A stretch of DNA of 63,635 nt, filler included, from Reclinomonas americana ATCC 50394 (Eukaryota), in assembly GCA_048213135.1 (NCBI GenBank). It is 15 parts of 14 records of this genome, joined end to end, with 100 filler letters (N's around TTAATTAATTAA, not from the genome) between each part and the next. Parts side by side here need not be neighbours in the genome. Positions count along the whole stretch, not along the records: positions 5,440 to 13,955 come from PS016053.1; positions 14,056 to 15,628 come from AFZH01016568.1; positions 15,729 to 17,293 come from AFZH01016569.1; positions 17,394 to 25,988 come from PS016054.1; 11 more parts are not named here. The stretch is one strand, 5' to 3'. The notes beneath the pieces are model-generated. The model saw only the letters and a program-made list of their open reading frames with translations. It had not been told where the DNA came from and did no database searches. The position numbers and the translations under genes are program-made. Positions 13,240 to 25,300 of this stretch are shown here, one piece after another (the stretch's first letter is position 1; each line of letters begins with the position of its first letter).

Positions 13240-16200
13240 TCATGGCAACAACTCTGCCGTGTCACCGACTTTGCGCAGGTGCAAGTATGCATCTGTACCG
13301 TAGCCTTCCATGCTCATCAGCACCATATCGCCACCAAAATATCTTGCATATCTGTGTGATACAGCCATCAGAAGCAGGAAAAAAACACATTTCAACGTGA
13401 GCATCGACACACGCAACAGTCGCGAAATGGGCAGGCCGTATCCGTAGCCGGCCATGGGGGTGGCGGAGCCGTGACCGAACCGCGGGTTGTCGGATTGGTG
13501 CTCCGCGGTGGTGAACGAGTACGACCAGACGTGTCCCATGGCGGAGCGAGGAATACCTGGTGGAGAGCAGGGTGGGCGAGGGGGGAAGGAAGGTACCAAG
13601 GGGTGGAAGGGCAATGGCTCACCTCCACCCTCGTCGGAAACCTTGATGGTGACATCCTCGTCGCCCTCGGCGATGATGATGCGTACGGGAGGGAGCTCAT
13701 CGGAGTCCTGTAAGGGGGGAGGGGGTGGGAGGGAATGAGGGAAGGGAGGGAAGGGAGGGGAGGGAAGGGAGGGGTGGTAAGGGAAGGGAAGGGAAGGGAA
13801 GGGAAGGGAAGGGAAGGGAAGGGAAGGGAAGGGAAGGGAAGGGAAGGGAAGGGAAGGGAAGGAGAGAGGAAGGAGAGGGAGGGAAGGGAGGAAGGGGAAG
13901 GGAGGAGGAGAGAGGAGAGAGGAGAGAGAGAGAGAGAGAGAGAGAGGGCGAGAGANNNNNNNNNNNNNNNNNNNNNNNNNNNNNNNNNNNNNNNNNNNNT
14001 TAATTAATTAANNNNNNNNNNNNNNNNNNNNNNNNNNNNNNNNNNNNNNNNNNNNGGGAGGGAAGGGAGACAGGGGAGAGAGGGGAGAGAGAGAAGGGAG
14101 GCGAAGGGGACGGAAGGGAGGTACTGGCGAAGAAAGAGAAAGAGAAAGAGAAACAGAAAGAAAAAGAGCAAGAAAAAGAAGAAAGAGTGAGTGAGAGAGG
14201 AGGGAGGGGGAGAAAGGGACAGTGCTCAGCGAAAATAACATGGAATCGGAGAAGTTTAACCGAGGCAATATCGTAAAAGGCGTGAATGAACGCACAGAGA
14301 GAGTGAGAGAAAGACAGGGAGAGAAAGGAGGCACACAATATCAGTCTCGTACTCATCCAAACTGTCATGTCTCTCTCACTCTCTCACTCACTCGCTCACT
14401 CTCTCACACCTGTCACTCTCACTCTCATTCTCTCTCTTTCTCCTTGACGCACATGCAACCTGTGTTCGTCCCTTACTATTTCAGTCAATTTATTCTGTCT
14501 CTCTTTCTTCCTCGTTTCCCTGTGTGCTCCTTCTCTTTCACACACAGAATATGTTCGTTTCTCTCTCGCGCTGTTTCTGTCTCTCTCTCTAAATTCTTGA
14601 CTCACAGTCTGTCTATTTCTCACTGTTTTGTCTGTTCTTTCTCACGCTCTTTATCTCACTCCCTCTCTGTCTCTCTGACACTCTCTAGCTGATTCATCTC
14701 TTTCCTCTCTTCCCTTCTTTTCATCCTGATACACACAGTCGCTGTTCGCCTCTCACTGGCTTTTTGCCTGTTTGATGCCTTCTCACTCCCTCTCTGTCTC
14801 TCTGATGCCCTCTTAGGTGTTTCATCTCTCTCCTCTCGCACGGACTTTGTCTGTTCGTTGCCTTCTCACTGCCTCCCTCTCGCTCACTCTCAGCTGTCAC
14901 ACATTCTGTCTTTCTATCTCTGATCACTCCCTGCATCATCCTCTCAATGCCCTTCTCTTTTCATCTCCACCCGCTCACTCTCTCCTTCCCCTCATCACAA
15001 ACCTTCTCACTGCCATGCGTCTCCACCACGGCTCGCATCGAGTTCTTCAACAACTCAAACAGCATCAGGTGCAGATGCGACGGCACATACGTGAAGGTCA
15101 CGTTGGTGGCGCCGCGGATCTGCACCTCGGGCGCCACGCCATAATGCGCCTCGCACACCAGCTTGGCATCCATGGACGCCACCTCGGCAATGGCCGCCGG
15201 CGACGTCAGCGCACTGATGATTCCGACGTAGCCGGTGCGCTCGATCTCGGCTTTTCTTTGCGCTGCGCAAACCAACAAGAGCGTGATGAGCACTTGACTG
15301 CTTATAGAATGAAGAGGTCTCCTCCATCCGGCTCACCCATGGGCACCTCGCGAAGCGCCACGTGCTGTCCGATGAGCATGCGCACACTGATACGGCCGCC
15401 GTAGAAGCGGTCGAGGAAGCCCTGAATCTCCACCGGCAGCACACTCTTTTTCAACTTGGTCTTGAGTTCTCGCACACCCTCGGCCATGGTGATGGGCACG
15501 TTGGCGTGGCGGTCCTTGATTTCGCGCAGGGTTTTGGTGAAGGCGGCGTCGTCGTCGGCGTTTTGGAATTTCTTGTGTTCCCTGCGAGGAGGGGGAGTAG
15601 GAGGGGAAGGGGGGAGAAGGGAGAGGGTNNNNNNNNNNNNNNNNNNNNNNNNNNNNNNNNNNNNNNNNNNNNTTAATTAATTAANNNNNNNNNNNNNNNN
15701 NNNNNNNNNNNNNNNNNNNNNNNNNNNNCAAGTAGGCAAGTATGGATAGCGAGGGCAGAAGCTTGAGAGAGGGGCACTTGGGAAAACAGCGAGGTCACAC
15801 ACACAGCTGCAGTCACATGAAGAGTGCAATAGGCACAACGATGACGAGAGCATACGACGGGAAAGGTGCAGGGGAATGAAAAGTAAGTAGGCAAGTATGG
15901 ATAGCGTGGGCAGGAGCTTGAGAGTGGGGCACTTGGGAAGACAGCGAGGTCACACACACAGCTGCAGTCACATGAAAAGAATGCAAGAGGCACAAGGGAC
16001 GACGAGAGCGAACAAGGCGAAGGTGGCGGCAAAAGATTGACCGCCGTCATGCGTGCAGACTGAGTGGGTTTCATCTACGGTGTCCCCGTCTAAGTCTATC
16101 CGCAGTCACCAGTCCTCTATCATCAACTCTCTGGTCTTCCTGCACCCTTGCGTACCTGATTAGTCGGAATGAGTCCACATACAAATCGTGTACGCGCTTT

Positions 16201-16839
16201 GTGGCAGCCATGTCGGACAACCCAAAGGGCAATGTTTGCAGCTCCAGGACGCGATGTGCTGCGACAAAGGAGGGTGAGATTACGAAGAGATTTCGTGCGA
16301 GAGCTCACTCGAAGACACACCGAGGCGTGTCGGCAATTCGTTTTGCAGGAAGCGATCCTCCAGCAGCATTTGCTCCGAGTCCAATGCTGCTGTTCGGCAC
16401 GCACATGCACGTGCGAGGTGTGGGAGGGAGAGAAATAGGAGAAGACAAACAGCAAAAAGAGAGCACCAGCAGTGAGCACATCGACTGGAAGAGGTTGAAG
16501 GAGGCAGGCAGATCACTCATGAATTGAGAGTCACATAAATGTGTACAGAGTGAGACGCGAGGAGTTCACTCCAATGGCAAACACACAGGCGATCGTTACA
16601 TGGAGAGTGTGACAACTGCGGTGAAGTGTGCGCACTGTCGAGGAAAGAGAAGATCGTGTATGGAATACCTTGAACTTGCTCGCGATAGAGAGGGAGAGAG
16701 AGAAGAAAGTGAGAGCAAGCAAGCCAACGAAACTTCGGCCGAACTCGTACAACTTTCGCAGGGAGAGTGGCGTCGATCGTCGCAGTGCCATGAATTCAAT
16801 GTCGGCCAACAGGCGCGCACTGATCCCACTTCGTGGCAT
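13240..16839 (-). CDS. PDK: Mitochondrial pyruvate dehydrogenase kinase (PDK/BCKDK family)
   Basis: ATG at 16839. Motifs [89 protein letters not shown] and SMEGYGTDAYLHL. Confidence 0.95.
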
Positions 16840-17563
16840 GGTTGTGTGTCGTGCCACTGTCGATCGACACTGGCAAGAGGAGAAGGGGTGAGGTTGAATG
16901 GAGGGGAACAAGGGGGAAGGGAGGGGGAGGGAAAAGAGCAGGGGATAACGGAGAGCATCGACTGAGGAGCAGGAGGAGGAGAACAAGAAGAACGAAGAAG
17001 AAAAAGAAGAGAAACAAGAGGAAGAAGGGGAAGAGGAAGAGGAGAAGGAAAGGAAATAAAGAAGAACAAGAACGAGTGGAAGAAAAATGAGGAGAAGGTG
17101 GAGGGGAGGAAGAAGAAACAGGAAGAATGAATGAACGAATGAACGGAGGGGGAAGAGGATGAGGAGAAGAACAAGAACAAGAAGAAGAAGGAGAAGAATG
17201 AGGAGGAAGAGGAGGAGGATGACAAAGGAGAAGAAGAACAAGAAGTGGAAGAGGAAGAAGAAGAAGAAGAAGAAGAAGAAGAAGAAGAAGAAGNNNNNNN
17301 NNNNNNNNNNNNNNNNNNNNNNNNNNNNNNNNNNNNNTTAATTAATTAANNNNNNNNNNNNNNNNNNNNNNNNNNNNNNNNNNNNNNNNNNNNTCTTCTC
17401 CTCCTCCTCCTCCTTCCTCCTCCTCCTCCTCCTCCTCCTCCTTCTCCTCCTCCTCCTCCTCCTCCTCTCTCTCACTGCCCTCCTCTCTCTCTCTCACACA
17501 CGCTACTCCCTCTCCTCCCTCTCCCTCTCCCTCTCTCCCTCTCCTTTTCTCCCGCATTCGACA

Positions 17564-20500
17564 GTCACCCGCCTTGCCCCCCGGCACCCTCCGCACCATC
17601 TACGTTCTCGACCAGCAATCCTTGCCCTCCGCCTCTCTCGTCTCCCTCATGCAAGGACTGCAAGGCCTCCTCGCCCGCCAGTCGGCCACCGCCGCCGGTA
17701 TCTTTATCCTCCCCAATGCCGGCAGTCGAGCCGGCGGTCTCCTCTGGCTCCAGCACATGCAGGCGAATCAGTCGCTGTTGCGTGTCAGTGTCGACACGAG
17801 CATGATGCACGATGCGGTGTCGCTGTTGATGCATGTGGTCAAGGGCGTGGTGCGCGTCGACGGCTACTTTTTGTGCGATGAGGCGTCGCTGGCGGCGGCG
17901 GTGTCGTTGTGTGCGACGAGGGAGGCGGTGCCGGTGTTGGCCGATGATGAGATGGTGGCCAAGGGTGCGTAATAGGAGAAGGGGGAGAAAGGCGATAGTC
18001 AGAGAGAGGGGAAGGAGTGGAAGGGAGAAAAGGGAAGAGCGAGACAAGAAGAGGCTGGCAGTGCGTGGTGTTTGCCAATGATCAGGTGATGATCAAGACT
18101 GAGCAGCAGGAGAGGGGGGAAGGGATGGGAGGCAAAGGGCGAGTGACAGAAGAACAGACTGGCGTCCTGCTATTTGCACTCTCACTCTCTCTCTCGCTCT
18201 CCTTCATTTGTTTTCGTATCGCTTCCTTTATCAATCTAGTCTCACTCTTCCATTCTCTCTTCTTCCTTTTCCTTCACCAGTCGCTGTACTCCTTTCCCCT
18301 TTTCGCCACATTGTTCCTAGTCTCACTCTAGCTTTCTCTCTCCTTCCTTTCTGTCCTCCACCAGTCGCTGTACTCCATTCCCTTTTTCGCCTCATTGTTT
18401 CTTATCGCTTCCTCCACCGATCTAGTCTCATTCTTTTCTCTCTCCTTCTGTTCTGTCCTCCACCAGTCGCTGTACTCCATTCCCCTTCTCGCCTCATTGT
18501 TCCTTATCGCCTTCATCATCGATCTAGTCTCACTCTAGCTTTCTCTCTCCTTCCTTTCTGTCCTTCACCAGTCGCTGCACTCCATTCCCCTTCTCGCTTC
18601 ATTGTTTCTTATCGCTTCCTCCAGCGATCGTCTCATTCGGTGCATTCTCTCTCCTTCTTTTTCCTTCCTTCGTCAGTCATTGTATTCCTTTCCCCTTTTC
18701 GCCTTTGTCACTGCGGGATACGATCAACACGATGGGAGACAGAGCGAGCAAGTGAGAGAGAGAGAGAGAGAGTTGTCGGGGAGAGCAATGCTGCACGCAG
18801 TGTCAAGTGTGTTCCCTCATTCTTTGATCATTCCTCTGTATCTTGCTTCGTGCTCTTCACAGTTGTTCTTGCCGCTCTCATTCACTCCTCGTTGTTGCCT
18901 CTGCTTCCTTCGTTTCTTTTGCTTTTCCGTTTTCCGTGCCACTTCGTTCACCGTGCCTCGCCGCGCTTCTGCTCTCCGTCAGTCCCTCATTTCTTCGTGT
19001 GTTCATTTCTCCCTTCTCTCCTTCTCATGCACACATCCTCTTTCATCATTGACTGACCCTCTTTCCCCCCTTTCCCTTTCCCCCTCCCTGTCCCCGATCT
19101 CCCTGTCCCCATTCCCTTTGCTCTCCCTGTTCCCATTCCCTTTCCGATCTCCCTTTCCCCATCTTCTTTCCCCTTTCCCTTTCCCCCTCTTCTCACCCCT
19201 TTCCCTTTCTCCCTCTTCTCACCCCTTCCCTTTCCCCTTCCCTTTCCATCTCCCTCCCCTTCTCCCACTGCAGCCGCCGGCCTCACGCGCCTCGCCGACG
19301 TCCGCGGAATGACGGACGACCAGGTGTGGCAGCAAGTCAAGGGCAGCACCAGTCGCAGCATTCTCGTGTACCAAGATCCCACGAAACTCGCAGTTTCGAG
19401 TCTTTCCCTTCTCCCTCTTTCCCCCACTTCACCATTGGCTCATCATCCATCGCCGCAGGGTGGCTACCTGGCCGACTACGCCGTCTTCTCGCGCGCGTTT
19501 ACCATTTTCACCAAGGACCCAAAAGTCGACAAGTCGCGTGTGGTCAGCGAGGCTCTCGGTGCGCTGCAACCACAAGCCGCCACACTTGGGTGGGGCACGT
19601 CAGAGGACGGGCTGGTGCGTCGTCACTCCTCAGTGGTGTGGTTGTACCCATTGTTTCACCCACTCCCGATCCACCAGGTCGGTCCTGTGAGCTCGCACGC
19701 CGGCTTTGTCAACGCCGCCGACTGGGCGTGCAACTTGAGTGTGTTCACCTCCATCAAGGTTCCGGGCACCTTCATGCAGCCGGCGCACTCGCAGCCGCGC
19801 CCCGAACCGCGGGTCGGCAAGCACACGGTCAGCTTTCTCATGACCGACGGCGATAATGTGCAGTGGTTGCGTGTTCTATTCCCCCCTGACTCCCTCGTTG
19901 GGAAGATGTGATTTCCTCACTCTTCGCCTCCAGGATGCTGAACGATTTTGCCACGGCCACCAACTGGTACGGATCGCCGCAGCGAGGCCAGGTGCCCATT
20001 GGGTGGACATTGGCTCCGGCGCTCTCCGAGGTCGCGCCGCTGGTGTTGGATCACCTGTATCGCAATGCCACCAAGAACGTTGCGCTTGGGGGGAGAAGGT
20101 CACGGGTCCATTCGGCACACGCGTTTACAATTGTGATCTCGTGAGTGCAGGATCGCTTTGTGATGGCCCCCTCCGGCGCCGGCTACTTGTATCCCAACCT
20201 GTATCCGCCGTCAGAGTTGGCGCACTTTGCCGAGCTGAGCGCGCAGTACATGAATGTCACCGACATGGCCGGACCCATTGTTGCGTCATCTCTCCGCAAG
20301 TGTTCTTGTTTGTATCTGTAATGTCTCATGTCGCGCATGATGCAGAACGTCATTGACTCGGGCACCACGGTTTGCGACTCTCCTGTGTTAGTGCCGCGCG
20401 TGTAGGTGCGTCTCTCTCACTGCAATTGTAGCCTGACATGAATCGCATGGCCACCCTGCTGGCACCTCCCTCGGTCACCTCGATTTTCTACTACTCCTAC

Positions 20501-22005
20501 TCCGACTATGCCGGCCTCAAAGGTCGCGTGTTGTGGGTCGGCGACAAGCCGGTCATTGGAGCGCGATATCAGTTGTGTGCTCGAGGGGCAGAGATGAAGG
20601 CTGCTCCTGAAGATTGACTTGCCTTTTCGCGACAGAATGTGGACTGGTTTTGAGACTCCAGAGTCGCTGGCCAAGAAGCTGAATGCGGCTGCGCAAGATC
20701 CCACCTCGTCCGACGGGTACTCGCTGGTCGATGTGCATGTGTGGTGAGTGAAGCGGGAAAGGGNNNNNNNNNNNNNNNNNNNNNNNNNNNNNNNNNNNNN
20801 NNNNNNNNNNNNNNNNNNNNNNNNNNNNNNNNNNNNNNNNNNNNNNNNNNNNNNNNNNNNNNNNNNNNNNNNNNNNNNNNNNNNNNNNNNNNNNNNNNNN
20901 NNNNNNNNNNNNNNNNNNNNNNNNNNNNNNNNNNNNNNNNNNNNNNNNNNNNNNNNNNNNNNNNNNNNNNNNNNNNNNNNNNNNNNNNNNNNNNNNNNNN
21001 NNNNNNNNNNNNNNNNNNNNNNNNNNNNNNNNNNNNNNNNNNNNNNNNNNNNNNNNNNNNNNNNNNNNNNNNNNNNNNNNNNNNNNNNNNNNNNNNNNNN
21101 NNNNNNNNNNNNNNNNNNNNNNNNNNNNNNNNNNNNNNNNNNNNNNNNNNNNNNNNNNNNNNNNNNNNNNNNNNNNNNNNNNNNNNNNNNNNNNNNNNNN
21201 NNNNNNNNNNNNNNNNNNNNNNNNNNNNNNNNNNNNNNNNNNNNNNNNNNNNNNNNNNNNNNNNNNNNNNNNNNNNNNNNNNNNNNNNNNNNNNNNNNNN
21301 NNNNNNNNNNNNNNNNNNNNNNNNNNNNNNNNNNNNNNNNNNNNNNNNNNNNNNNNNNNNNNNNNNNNNNNNNNNNNNNNNNNNNNNNNNNNNNNNNNNN
21401 NNNNNNNNNNNNNNNNNNNNNNNNNNNNNNNNNNNNNNNNNNNNNNNNNNNNNNNNNNNNNNNNNNNNNNNNNNNNNNNNNNNNNNNNNNNNNNNNNNNN
21501 NNNNNNNNNNNNNNNNNNNNNNNNNNNNNNNNNNNNNNNNNNNNNNNNNNNNNNNNNNNNNNNNNNNNNNNNNNNNNNNNNNNNNNNNNNNNNNNNNNNN
21601 NNNNNNNNNNNNNNNNNNNNNNNNNNNNNNNNNNNNNNNNNNNNCATGCTCTTGTCTTCGCTTCTTTCTCTCTCCCTCACGGTGCTTCTCCCTTTCTTGC
21701 TTACCGACTCCCCTCCTTCGCCTCCTCCTCCCCTCACTTCTAATTTCTAGTCTCTCTCGTTCATTCCCCCTGTTGCCCTGGTTCTCTTGATACTTTTTCC
21801 GTTCTGTGCACCGCGCTCTACGCATCCTCAGCTTCCCTTTCTTTCTTCCCCTTTCCCCCTTCCCCCCTTCCCCCCTTCCCCCCCTCTCAGGACCATGACC
21901 GTGGCCGACGTCGTCCGCTGCGTCTCCCTGCTGGACCCCAACAAGGTGGCCGTGGTGCTGCCCGACGAATTCGCCCTCCTCATCGCCCAGAATGTGAAGC
22001 ATTGA
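17564..22005 (+). CDS. GxGYxYP-motif protein (putative glycoside hydrolase), multi-exon, 5' end in gap
   Basis: Motifs LQGLLAR, YLADYAVF, LGWG, SFLMTDGDNVQW, RGQVPIGWTLAP, APSGAGYLYP, GYSLVDVHVW and VVLPDEF. Stop at 22005. Confidence 0.85.
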
Positions 22006-22267
22006 ACGCGACACGAGTGTTTCTTCTCATGTATCAAAATGGCTCTCGCCACCGACTGGCTTTATGCATCATCATCATCATCAAAAATTTTGGCAACGTG
22101 GGGGAGAAAAAGGATCAATACTACACAGAGTGAGGAGCAAAGAGGTCGGTGCGGCGAGAGCGCATGGCAGAACCTAATGGAAGGGAAGGAGCAGGGAAGA
22201 ACACATCTACATCGACCGAGTCGATCGACAATAACAGAATGCAAAATGAGATTAGGGAGCGGCGTCG

Positions 22268-22273
22268 TTATTG

Positions 22274-22337
<64 letters not shown>

Positions 22338-25300
22338 TGCCGTCTCCGCTCCTGCAACGCTGCAATCTCCTGCTGCAGCGTGCCGAGTGTCTTGCGCAAC
22401 TCCTTGACGCTCTCCACCAGCGGCGCCACCAGCTGCGTGTACGCCACACCCTCTGCCGTGCGGTCGGGACGAGTCGTCACCGCCTCCGGCAGCACCTCAT
22501 GCACCTCCTCGGCAATGAAGCCGTGCTGCGTGCGCGAGTCGCCAATCATGTTGTACGTCACGCCACGGAGGTTGAGCACGCGCTGCAGCGACTCGGCACC
22601 ACCGAGCGTCACAATGTCGGTCTTGTAGCGCGCCGAACTGGTGCTGAACAGGGTGCCGCGAATGAAAATGTCGCCGCTGTGACCGTGGAAGATCACGTTG
22701 GAGCTCCACTTGGTGTCCTGCTCGGGGTGCGCCAGGTTCGGCGCAGAGAGGTGCGCCGAGAACACCGCCAAGTTGGCGCCGTCCACACCCAGCGACCAGC
22801 TCTTGGTGTTGTCGGCCGGTTGCGAGAAGACGAGCGATGATGGCACTCCGTCGACCGCGCGAATGGTGAGCGGCTTGGCGAAGCGATGGAACTGTGAAGT
22901 GGGGAGAAGGGGGAGGGAGAAGGGGTAAGGGAAAGGGGGAAGTGGAAGGGAAAGGAAAAGGGGAAAGGAGAAGGAGAACAAGCTAAGGAGCGCAATGCCA
23001 TCTCTTCTATTCTCTCTCTCTCTCTCTCTCTTGCTTTATCCCCTCTCCTTTACCGACAGTTAGCGCACTCGAGACACACAATATGCAACCACCTCTTCTG
23101 ATGCACGAAAATTCTCTCTTTCCATCACCGCCGGCATGCTTTGCCTCTCCATTGCTCGCTCTGTCTTCTTCTCACATTCTCTCGACAATCACTTCTCTTC
23201 TCAAGCTGTCTCGGTTTAAGAACTCTGCAACTGAATTGGTCTTTCATGCATCCTCTCCTCATCAACAGGAATGGCAAACTCTGTCTCCCCCACACTCTCT
23301 CGTTTCTGCACCCCGTACTTGATACCCTCGCTCTCTTCCTACGACATGCATGTGCCATCTCGTCCCTCTTGTCATTGTGTCTCATCCCGGTGCTTCCGTT
23401 TCTTTCGTCCACGGATCACAACACATGCACTCTTGTCCGCATCCCTCCCTCTCTGCCGCACACCAACACCTCGCACCCTTCTTCTCTCTCCTTGCCATCC
23501 CTCGCTCTCTTCATCCGACACACTAAAAACGCATGCACCATCTTCCTTTTGTCATTTTATCTCTCAGCTGTTCCGTTCCCCCAGTAGCTCTCCTCGTTTC
23601 CTCCCTTACTCGCTTTCCCTCTTCTCTCTCTCTTCCCTCTTCCTCCTTTTCTCTTCCCTCTACTCCCTTCCCCCTTCCCCCTTCCTCTCTCCCTTCCCCC
23701 TTCCCCCTTCCCCCTTCCTCCTTCTCCCTCTTCTCCCTCCAACTCACCCCTTGCGTGCATCCGTCCACCCCGAGGCTGCTCACGTGCAGCGAGCTGGAGG
23801 AGCGGAAACCATCCACACGCCACTGCAGCGGCGACACATCCGTGTCGGCGCCAATGGCCACCGACGATGCGTTGATGCGCACCGGCGCCGAAGTGTTGCC
23901 CGACTGCAGCGCCAGCTCACGCGACACCGACGACGACAACGCTTGCGCCGTGATGCGCGACGTGGTGGCCGATGTGATCACCGAGACGGCGCCGTTGAGG
24001 ACGGTGCGCGTGGCCGGCGAGAGGACCACGTTGCCGTGCGGCGACGAGAGGCTCAGGCCGTCGAGCGTCGAGCGCAGCTCGCCATAGTTGCCGAGCGTCG
24101 TCAGCGACGACACGGTCACGTCGCGTCCGGCGGCGGCCTTGAGCGTCAGAGCACCCGCACTGCCAGACTGCAGCGTGAGGTCGCGAGTGCTGCGAATGAC
24201 CTGGGCGCACGTCTGCAGAGTGCCAGAGGCCGGGCACAGGTTGAGGTTGCCGTTGACGGTGGAAATGAGGTTGTTGGCCGACGAAGGCGAAATGACCACC
24301 ACCGAGCAGTCGGCGCCGGTGAAGCCGGCGTCGCAAGTGCACGTTCCCGTGCTCGTGTCGCACGAGCCGGCAGCGGAGCACTGGTTCGGGCAGGCGGCTA
24401 CAGGGCGGAAGAAAAATGGCGTGAGTGAGTGAGTGAGCAAGAAAAGAGTGGAGGACGCAAGCACACGAAACTCGGCGTGGCCGGTCCGCTGCCAATGGCC
24501 TGTGAGCCGCCGAGTGTCCATGTCAACGAGTTGTTGCCACCAGCGCGGGTGCCGAAGCGGTGACGCGAGCCGAGCACCAACTGCGCCTGCTGGCTGGAGA
24601 GCGCCAGTCGCAGCACATTGTGCTGCGTGCCCTGCACAAACTCTGTCGGCTGGCCCTGGTTGACTTCGCCCGGCGCAATGTTGTTGCGAGCGCCGTATCC
24701 CTGCTGCGCGGTAAAGTAGCCAGTGTTGCGGTAGCCAAAGGTAATCAAGTAGCCCGACTGCACGGCCGTCACATTGTCGACCAACGCCTGCAGGCTGCCC
24801 GGCGCCACAGAGCAGTCCGCGCCGCCGTAGCCACTGGTGCAAGTGCACACACCAATTGTGGTGTCGCACAGACCGCGCTCAGAGCAGCCATTCGGGCACG
24901 TCTCTGTGTTTGGGAAAGGAGGGGAGGGAGAGAGTCGGTAAGTTTCGAGGGAAATGACACAGAAGCAATCAGCTACATCGACGCACTTTGCTCGCACGTC
25001 TGAATCGTCGCATCCGCAGTCACCGTCACGCCGTTCAGCGTCCACGTCACCGATGCGGCCGTCAGCGGCACCGAGAACACACCCGAGTGGCGGCCAGGAG
25101 CAAAGGCCGTTGGCTGACCACGATCTGTGGAATAGCGAATATAAAATGTCAGTGACGATGCGCTCCCCTTGCCGTCCACAAGTCACTCACCGGCCGTGTC
25201 GGCGAAAAAGTTGAGACTGCCTATCGGCAGCGGCACAGTGAAGCCGTTGCGATTGTCAAAGCCAAACACAATGACTCGGCTCTCGCCAGTCAGGCGCGTG

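Noticed and set aside
22268..22892. S74 domain as a prophage or bacterial contaminant
   Set aside because: It is an exon joined by GT-AG introns to EGF exons, ends in polyQ, and has no phage genes nearby.
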